A stretch of DNA of 64,000 nucleotides from an uncultured Solirubrobacterales bacterium. Lineage in GTDB: Bacteria; Actinomycetota; Thermoleophilia; Solirubrobacterales; Solirubrobacteraceae. Below the pieces are notes generated by a model, which saw only the letters and a program-made list of their open reading frames with translations, ran no database searches and was not told the DNA's origin. Positions 58,201 through 64,000 of this stretch are shown here, one piece after another; position 1 is the stretch's first letter, and the number at the start of each line of letters is the position of its first letter. The position numbers and the translations under genes were made by a program. The DNA lies in contig CAWGLB010000011.1 in the NCBI GenBank assembly GCA_963823315.1, positions 70,698-134,697 of the forward strand, given 5' to 3'.

Positions 58201-59139
58201 GAGGTCCCCACCGGATTCAACTGTCCCTACGAGGGCACCACGGTCTCGGCGATGACGTTCATCACGCGCATGATCTTCCTGGATGAGGTCGCCTACCCGG
58301 TGTTCGTGCCCCAGAACGAGGGGATGCTGCGGCCGGTCAAGGTGATCGCTCCCAAGGGGTCGATCTTCAACCCCAACTTTCCGCGCGCCTGCTTCGCGCG
58401 CTTCTGCCAGGTGCAGCGCGCGGTCGATCTGGCGCTGCGCGCGCTAGCGCCGATCGCGCCCGAGAAGGTCACCGCCGGCAACTCGGCTCACCTGCATTTC
58501 ATCTCCTACTCGGGATTCCTGGAGGAGCAGGGCGAGTACTGGGTGTACCTCGAGGTCGACGAGGGCTCCTACGGAGGCCGCCACGACAAAGACGGTCTCG
58601 ACTCGATCGACTGCCTGATCGCCAACACCCGCAACAACCCGATCGAGGAGCTCGAGTGGCGCTTCCCGATGCGCACCGAGCGCTATGAGCTGCGCGACGA
58701 GCCGTGCGCCGCCGGCAGGTGGCGCGGCGGGATCGGCATGGTGCGCACCAACCGCTTTCTCGTCGACACGATCGTGACCTGCGAGGGCGAGCGGACCGAG
58801 TCGGATCCTCCTTGGGGCGTCTTCGGTGGGCACGAGGGCGCCAACGCTCAGACCAAGATCACCAAGCCCGACGGGGAGGTGGAGTACTGGCCCTCGAAGT
58901 TCACGGGCCACACGCTCTCCGCCGGCTCGACGATCGAAGTCGTGGTCCCCAACGCGGGCGGGTACGGTGACCCCTTCGAGCGCGAGCCCGAGTTGGTGCT
59001 GGCGGACGTGCTCGACGGCTACACGACGGTCGAGCTCGCCGCGCGGGACTACGGCGTGGTGCTCGATCCCGAACGGCGAGCCATCGACCACGAGGCCACG
59101 CGGCGCCTGCGCGCGGGCGCCGGGGCGCGGGCTACTTGA
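55279..59139 (+). CDS. Fused hydantoinase A+B / 5-oxoprolinase-like ATP-dependent lactamase (1286 aa)
   Basis: A half: GVDVGGTFTD, MSGPVAG, DIGGTSADI, GAGGGS. B half: YSSIIRESEDLG, ATHSPD, SAHLLD, NTRNNPIEE, GGYGDP. Confidence 0.93.
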   Translation: MKRIGVDVGGTFTDLILVDEEGGRITVDKLRSTPEDPARAVVEGVRALCEKGAVALSEVDNLLHGTTVATNIVLTYTGAEVGMLTTEGFRDIIHIARHKKPYNFSLQLELPWQSRPLVKRRNRLTVKERLTVPDGDVLIALDEDEVRERVRELRAAGVDAIAVCLLHSYLNPAHEQRIKQIVLEEHPDCYLSVSHEVLPLYREFERFSTVALNAYVGPQVSRYVARFDEALRDDGFAHGIHLMQSAGGMATVESATLRPVNLLMSGPVAGLIGGIWAGRLAGFENVVTLDIGGTSADIGVAAEGQLRMRHLLDTKVGDYQAMIPMVDIDTIGAGGGSIAYVDEGGVFRVGPQSAGAEPGPACYGRGGTEPTATDAQLLLGRLRGDRGLLGGDMHLEPDLAQGAMRRLAQRLGMSLEEAALGALQIQKFGMTQAIELNSVRRGYDPREFVLVAAGGAGPLFACDIAMELEISRVLVPSYPGIVAATGLLATDLEHEFVATERHQLSGADLERLRSRFQELTAQAEGQLEQDGVPEDRRLVRRLADCRYVGQGYEVRFDVPAGEIDSRWLTELADRFHRAHQAEYGHRFEAEIELVNIRTIAIGQIPELRPERLDRGDGDPARALTLEREVVFDAGGQPDRRQTRFYERERLLAGDRIEGPAVVEQYDTTTVIPPGLIAEIDDYGNIVIDCSAAARTQQPSVELATPILMRVIGGACTAIAKEMAGVLFRMSYSSIIRESEDLGAGIFDAEGNVLAESDSTPMFMGAMPKIVKNVIRLLGGGIHEGDVILHNDPYGGATHSPDVAIVIPIFFEGELAGFAGASAHLLDIGGAYPGLAIDLVDNWSEGNIYRAIKLSERGVRQDQIWRHILENTRTATYNRGDIEAMIAACELARRRYLELLARYGAETVLQAAGGWLDYSERMLRQEIEKLPDGTYETDVGWLDDDGRTRGVPLPIKVAVTIEGDEITFDLTGSSAEVPTGFNCPYEGTTVSAMTFITRMIFLDEVAYPVFVPQNEGMLRPVKVIAPKGSIFNPNFPRACFARFCQVQRAVDLALRALAPIAPEKVTAGNSAHLHFISYSGFLEEQGEYWVYLEVDEGSYGGRHDKDGLDSIDCLIANTRNNPIEELEWRFPMRTERYELRDEPCAAGRWRGGIGMVRTNRFLVDTIVTCEGERTESDPPWGVFGGHEGANAQTKITKPDGEVEYWPSKFTGHTLSAGSTIEVVVPNAGGYGDPFEREPELVLADVLDGYTTVELAARDYGVVLDPERRAIDHEATRRLRAGAGARAT

Positions 59140-59533
59140 GCGGGTTCGTGCCCGCCATCCAAATAATCACGCGCGTGAACTTAGCGTCGGGACCGACATC
59201 GAAGAAGTTGCAGTTGTGCATGTCGTTCTGGGTCCCGTCGACGAGCTCGCCGACGTAGTCCTGCTCAGTCGCGACCTTCCCGGCGGCCTCCTCGACGACG
59301 ATGTTCGTGATCTCGTGCCTGACCGACTTGGAGCCACCGAGGAAATCGGTGAACATGCGCCGGATCTCAGCGGCGCCCGTGAACGTGACGTGGTCGGTTT
59401 GGACCGACAGCGTCGCATCCTGCGCGAAGTGCGAGACCACGCCGTCGACGTCCTTGGCGTCGACCGCCTTGAAATAGCTCGCGGGTAGCGCCGCAAGCTG
59501 ATTGCGGCTGAGGGTCTGGGTCTCTGTGGCCAT
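59132..59533 (-). CDS. SnoaL/NTF2-like protein
   Basis: YFKAVDAKDVDGVVSHFAQDATL..FTGAAEIRRMF..CNFFD; AAGGAGG RBS. Confidence 0.85.
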   Translation of the reverse strand: MATETQTLSRNQLAALPASYFKAVDAKDVDGVVSHFAQDATLSVQTDHVTFTGAAEIRRMFTDFLGGSKSVRHEITNIVVEEAAGKVATEQDYVGELVDGTQNDMHNCNFFDVGPDAKFTRVIIWMAGTNPLK

Positions 59534-59554
59534 CAGGGGTCCTCCTTGATTGGT

Positions 59555-60334
59555 CTAGGTGGGCAATGAGGCGGGCAGGGGCTCGGTGGCCGTGGTGGCG
59601 GCGCGAAACGGACGCAGCACATCGGTCTCGCCCAGCAGCTCCTTGGGCTCGGGCCGCCTGAAGGCGGCCACCCGGCTGGTGGCGAGTCCATAGCCCCCCA
59701 GCGCCTCGAGCATCTTGACCGCGGCGGCGACGCCGTCGATCACGGGAACATCGAGCGCTGCCTGCACGCGGCGGTCGAGCGGCCCCATGCCGGCGCACCC
59801 GAGGCAGATGGCCTCGGCGCCGTCCTCGGCGATCGCTTCATGCGCTTGCGCGGTGATCTCTCGCTCGGCGGCATCGGGATCGCGCTCGATGTCGAGCACG
59901 GCGAGTGCGGTAGCGCGCACCGAGGCACAGCGCGCACTCAGGCCGTAGCGCGCCACCACGTCCTCGATCAGCGGCCTGATCCGGGGCAGCACGGTGACCA
60001 CCGAGAAGCGGTGCGCGACCATGCACGCCATCAGCATCGAGGCCTCGGCGATCCCCACCACCGGCACCGGCGAAAGCTCACGCGCCGCGTACAGACCGGG
60101 GTCTCCGTAGCAGGCGATGATGATCCCGTCGTAGTCGCCGGCGCGTTCAGCCACCGCCTCGAGCGTCGCCACCGCCGCGAGCTCGTCCTCGAGATGGCCT
60201 TCGATGGAGGCGGGACCCCAGCGGGGCGAGATCGCCTCGACCTCGGAGTCCGGGCCCGCGTAGCGACGCGCCTGGACCTCGATGTCACGGGTCATCGCCT
60301 CGGTGGTGTTGGGATTGATGACGAGGATCTTCAC
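59555..60334 (-). CDS. Hydantoin/allantoin racemase (Asp/Glu racemase family)
   Basis: ILVINPNTTEAMT, IACYGDPG and ICLGCAGM (two catalytic Cys), PVIDGV. Confidence 0.93.
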   Translation of the reverse strand: MKILVINPNTTEAMTRDIEVQARRYAGPDSEVEAISPRWGPASIEGHLEDELAAVATLEAVAERAGDYDGIIIACYGDPGLYAARELSPVPVVGIAEASMLMACMVAHRFSVVTVLPRIRPLIEDVVARYGLSARCASVRATALAVLDIERDPDAAEREITAQAHEAIAEDGAEAICLGCAGMGPLDRRVQAALDVPVIDGVAAAVKMLEALGGYGLATSRVAAFRRPEPKELLGETDVLRPFRAATTATEPLPASLPT

Positions 60335-61758
60335 GCGGCGCCCCCCGCGGTCCGCACCCCGAGGTTCATGAGCTCGCCGGCCTCGGTCAGCACCTCGGCC
60401 AAGCCGTCGACCATCTCATCGAGCTGCTCAGCGCTTGAGATCAGCGGCGGGGCTACCTGCACGACGGCGTCGCCACGATCGTCGGGGCGCGCGATCATCC
60501 CGGCCTTCATCAGACGGCCGAACATGAAACCGCGCAGGAGTCGCTCGCGCTCGTCCGCGTCGAAGCGGCGCCCGTCCTCGCCCACCAATTCGACCGCCCA
60601 GAAGAAACCACAGCCGCGCACATCGCCGACGATCGGCAGCGACTCGAGCTCCTGCAGGCGCCCGTGGAGGTGGCCCTCGAGACCTCTGACGTTCTCGAGC
60701 ACCCCGTCGCGCTCGAAGATCTCGAGGTTCTTGAGCGAGATCGCGGCGCACAGGGGGTGCCCGGCGAAGGTGATGCCGTGCATCAGCGAGCGCTTGGGGT
60801 CCTCGTACAGCGGCGCAACCACGCGCTCCGAGGCGAACACGGCACCCATCGGCGCGTACGCCGAGGTGAGCCCCTTGGCGACGGTGATCAGGTCGGGCTG
60901 GGCGTCCACGCGGGTGGAGCCGAACCACTCGCCCAGGCGACCAAAACCCGTGATCACCTCGTCGGCCGCCAGCAAGAAGCCGTAGCGGTCGGCGAGCTCG
61001 CGCAGCCCGCGCCAGTATCCCGCCGGCGGTACGAAGCAGCCACCGGCGTTCTGCACCGGCTCCGCGATGAACATCGCGATTGTCTCGGGCCCCTCCTCCA
61101 GCACGACGGCTTCGAGCTCGTCGAGCAGCGCGCGGGTGAAGGCTGCCTCGTCGTTCACCGCGTCGCCGAACCGGGGGTCCTCACCCAGGCGGAAGTGGTT
61201 GGTGGGCGAGACATGCCGCACTTGGATGGCCGGGGGTGCGAAGGGGACGCGGTAGCTCTCAACGCCCGTGAGCGCGAGCGCTCCAAGGCTGGCGCCGTGG
61301 TAGGCGACGCGCCGCGCGATCGCCTTCGTCCGGCCCTCTCCGCCCGTCGCGTTGTGATAGAGCCGCGCCAGCTTCCACGCCGACTCGACGGACTCGGAGC
61401 CGCCGCTTGTGAAGAAGACATGGTCGAGCCCCGGCGGCGTGAGCCCGGATAGCCGCTCGGCCAGCGCCACCGCCGTGGGGTGGGCCATGCTCCAGGTGGT
61501 GGCGAAGGGGAGCGTTGCCATCTGGGCGGAGGCCGCCGCGGCCAGTTCCTCGCCGTAGGAGTAGCCCAGTTGCGAGCAGAACAGCGCCGAGAGGGCGTCG
61601 AAGTAGCGGTTGCCGTGCGTGTCGAATACGTACGGACCCTCGCCACGCTCGAGCACGAGGACCGGCTGGCGTCCGGGGCCGAATGCGCCGTTGCGGGTGA
61701 AGTGCATGAGGAGATGCTCGTGGGCGGCGTCCTCCAGGTCTTCAAGGAGAGGATTCAT
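60331..61758 (-). CDS. Class III (omega-amino acid/beta-alanine-type) aminotransferase
   Basis: FTSGGSESVE, AYHG, AEPVQNAGG, ADEVITGFGRLG, VAKGLTSAY, HGITFAGHP. Confidence 0.93.
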   Translation of the reverse strand: MNPLLEDLEDAAHEHLLMHFTRNGAFGPGRQPVLVLERGEGPYVFDTHGNRYFDALSALFCSQLGYSYGEELAAAASAQMATLPFATTWSMAHPTAVALAERLSGLTPPGLDHVFFTSGGSESVESAWKLARLYHNATGGEGRTKAIARRVAYHGASLGALALTGVESYRVPFAPPAIQVRHVSPTNHFRLGEDPRFGDAVNDEAAFTRALLDELEAVVLEEGPETIAMFIAEPVQNAGGCFVPPAGYWRGLRELADRYGFLLAADEVITGFGRLGEWFGSTRVDAQPDLITVAKGLTSAYAPMGAVFASERVVAPLYEDPKRSLMHGITFAGHPLCAAISLKNLEIFERDGVLENVRGLEGHLHGRLQELESLPIVGDVRGCGFFWAVELVGEDGRRFDADERERLLRGFMFGRLMKAGMIARPDDRGDAVVQVAPPLISSAEQLDEMVDGLAEVLTEAGELMNLGVRTAGGAA

Positions 61759-61801
61759 CTAGTGCTCGCTTTGCTAGAGGTTCATGGGCAGGCGCGGGCG
61801 A

Positions 61802-63307
61802 TCAGGTCGCGGTGGGGAAGGCGAGGTCGATCTTCGCCTCGGCGGCTTCGGGCCAGCGAGAGCTGACCACCTTCCCGCGCGTGTAGAAGCGCAGTCCTTC
61901 GGGGCCGTGAATGTGGATGTCGCCGAACAGCGATGCCTTCCAGCCGCCGAAGGAGTAATAGGACATCGGCACCGGGATCGGAACGTTGATCCCCACCATG
62001 CCCGTGCTGACGCGCAGCTGGAATGCGCGCGCCGCGCCGCCGTTGCGGGTGAAGATGGCCGAGCCGTTGCCCCAAGGATTCGCGTTCACGACGGCGATCG
62101 CCTCGTCGAGCGACGCGGCCCGGTTCACCACCAGCACCGGTCCGAAGATCTCCTCCGTGTAGATGCGCATGTCGGTCGAGACGCGATCGAACAGCGTGGG
62201 ACCGACGAAGAAGCCTTCCTCGTGGCCGTCGACGACGACATCGCGGCCGTCGCAGACGAGCTCGGCGCCCTCGTCAACGCCGGCATCGACCAGGCTCCGC
62301 ACGCGCTCCCGGGCAGCTGCGCTGACCAGCGGTCCGACGTCGGAGTCCGGCTGGTCGCCGGGACCCACGACGAGCCGGTCGAGCCGCTCGGCGATCTTCT
62401 CCACGAGCTTGTCGCCGGCCTCGCCCACGGCCACGACCGCCGAGACGGCCATGCACCTCTGGCCGCTCGAGCCGTAGGCACCGGCCACGAGCTGATCGGC
62501 GGTGTAGTCGAGGTCGGCGTCCGGCAGCACGACCGCATGATTCTTGGCGCCTCCGAGCGCCTGGGCTCGCTTACCGTGCGTGGTGGCGGTCTCGTAGACG
62601 TACTTGGCGACGGGCGTCGAGCCGACGAACGAAACCGCGTTCACCCTCGGATGCGTGAGCAGCGCCTGGACGGTGTCACGGTCTCCGTGCACCACGTTGA
62701 AGACGCCCTCGGGTATGCCCGCCTCGGCCAGCAACTCGGCGAGCATCATCGAGGCGGAGGGGTCCTGCTCGGAGGGCTTGAGCACGAACGTGTTGCCGGC
62801 TGCCAGCGCGAGCGGAAACATCCAACCCGGGACCATCGACGGGAAGTTGAACGGCGTGATGCCGGCCACGACTCCGAGAGGCTGCCGCAGCGTGTAGCTG
62901 TCGACGCCCCGCGAGACCTGCCAGGAGTGCTCTCCCTTCAACAGCTGTGCGAGGCCGCAGGCGAACTCAACCAGCTCCAGCTCTCGCTGGACTTCGCCGC
63001 GAGCATCGGCAACCACCTTGCCGTGCTCGAGCGTCACGACGCGCGCCATCTCGTCCCGGTGCTCGTGGAGGAGCTCGCGGAACGCGAACATGAGGCGGGT
63101 GCGCTCGGACAGCGATGCTGACTCCCACGCCGGAGCTGCGGCGAGCGCCGCGTCAACGGCGGCGTCGACCTCTTCGGCGTCGGCGAAGGGAACCTGGGTC
63201 ACAACCTCCCCGGTGGCCGAGTTGGTCACCTCCCCCCGGCGTTCGGAGCGCGAGCTCTCCTCGCGGCCATGGATCCAGTGGCTCAAAGTTGTTTGGGTGG
63301 TTGCCAT
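61802..63307 (-). CDS. mmsA: CoA-acylating (methyl)malonate-semialdehyde dehydrogenase
   Basis: ITPFNFPSMVP, LKPSEQDP, FVGSTP, ALGGAKNH, GQRCMA, GINVPIPVP, SFGGWKAS. Confidence 0.93.
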   Translation of the reverse strand: MATTQTTLSHWIHGREESSRSERRGEVTNSATGEVVTQVPFADAEEVDAAVDAALAAAPAWESASLSERTRLMFAFRELLHEHRDEMARVVTLEHGKVVADARGEVQRELELVEFACGLAQLLKGEHSWQVSRGVDSYTLRQPLGVVAGITPFNFPSMVPGWMFPLALAAGNTFVLKPSEQDPSASMMLAELLAEAGIPEGVFNVVHGDRDTVQALLTHPRVNAVSFVGSTPVAKYVYETATTHGKRAQALGGAKNHAVVLPDADLDYTADQLVAGAYGSSGQRCMAVSAVVAVGEAGDKLVEKIAERLDRLVVGPGDQPDSDVGPLVSAAARERVRSLVDAGVDEGAELVCDGRDVVVDGHEEGFFVGPTLFDRVSTDMRIYTEEIFGPVLVVNRAASLDEAIAVVNANPWGNGSAIFTRNGGAARAFQLRVSTGMVGINVPIPVPMSYYSFGGWKASLFGDIHIHGPEGLRFYTRGKVVSSRWPEAAEAKIDLAFPTAT

Positions 63308-63321
63308 CAATTGCTCCTCGT

Positions 63322-64000
63322 TCATCGCGTCGTCGCTAAGTCGGCCAGCGCGGGAACGATCTCGGCGCCGACCCGTTCCATCTGGTCGAACGAACCATTG
63401 TTATACGCCACCGACACTTCGTCCACACCGACCTCGGCCAACGCCTCGAGCTTCTCGAGGCAGTGCGTGACCGGCCCTGCGATCGCGAAGTCATCGACCA
63501 GCTCGGTGGTGAGGTAGGCCGTGTGGTCCGCATCCGAGTCGAGGTGGCCGCGGTAGTAGTCGTAGGCATCCCTGGCTGACAGCAGGCGCTGCATCACCTC
63601 GGGCATGTCGTGGTCGGGGTTGTGCCGAGCCATGTCCGCGACGTGGTTCGCGCACGCGGCCGGCGCCCAGCGGCACGCCGTCGCTGCTGCGTCATGGTCG
63701 TCCGCGACATGCATTGCGCACAGGATCGAGACCTTGACCTCGCCGGGATCCCGTCCGGCCGATCGCGCCCCCTCATGAACGTGCCCGAGCGCCCATCGGA
63801 CCGCCTCTGGGGTCACGCCCACGTACAGCATCACTCGGTCGGCGAGGGCGCCCGCGAGCCGGAGGTTCCTGGGTCCCGTACCGGACATCATGATCGGGAT
63901 TCCGGGGTCTCGTCCGAGCCAGCGCAGCCCCACCTCCGCTTCGCCCAGCCTGGCGAGATCTCCCGAGACGAGCTTCCGCAGCGAGCGCACGTAGTCACCA
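63322..64000 (-). CDS. LLM-class (possibly F420-dependent) oxidoreductase, C-terminal part
   Basis: IPIMMSGTGPRNLRLAGALAD, CRWAPAACANHVAD, YDYY..H, VDDFAIAGP..CLEKLEALAEVGVD. Confidence 0.85.
   Translation of the reverse strand, partial: GDYVRSLRKLVSGDLARLGEAEVGLRWLGRDPGIPIMMSGTGPRNLRLAGALADRVMLYVGVTPEAVRWALGHVHEGARSAGRDPGEVKVSILCAMHVADDHDAAATACRWAPAACANHVADMARHNPDHDMPEVMQRLLSARDAYDYYRGHLDSDADHTAYLTTELVDDFAIAGPVTHCLEKLEALAEVGVDEVSVAYNNGSFDQMERVGAEIVPALADLATTR

Noticed and set aside
1-64000. Mobile elements, tRNA/rRNA, defence systems
   Set aside because: No transposase, integrase, structural RNA or defence-gene signatures recognised

Overview
A high-GC, gene-dense window, probably actinobacterial (inferred from composition and protein style). 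It is almost entirely catabolic: no housekeeping, rRNA/tRNA, CRISPR or transposase genes were recognised. It reads as a >64 kb island for breaking down N-heterocycles and cyclic amides. Contents: three xanthine-dehydrogenase/CoxL-family Mo-hydroxylase large subunits with CoxM/S/G/D/E and XdhC accessories; cyclases, cupins and a nitrilase; several amidohydrolases (two CodA-like deaminases, an allantoinase/dihydroorotase-like enzyme); two M20 carbamoylases, a creatininase, an amidase and a CE4/PuuE-like hydrolase; a two-component flavin monooxygenase whose reductase is fused to an FCD domain; a Liv-type ABC transporter and an NCS1 permease; two ATP-dependent hydantoinase/oxoprolinase systems flanking frc plus a panE-like gene; a hydantoin racemase, class III aminotransferases, mmsA and an LLM oxidoreductase. 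Many genes left of about 37 kb are frameshifted. Some breaks look like single-base read errors and others like true decay. Reading outside the ORF track revealed a near-identical 26-bp promoter/operator shared by two distant operons, two candidate GntR operator motifs, a translationally coupled 49-aa mini-cyclase, eroded OYE and SDR gene remnants, and a GC-only tandem repeat. Substrate assignments are inferences from motifs and context only.
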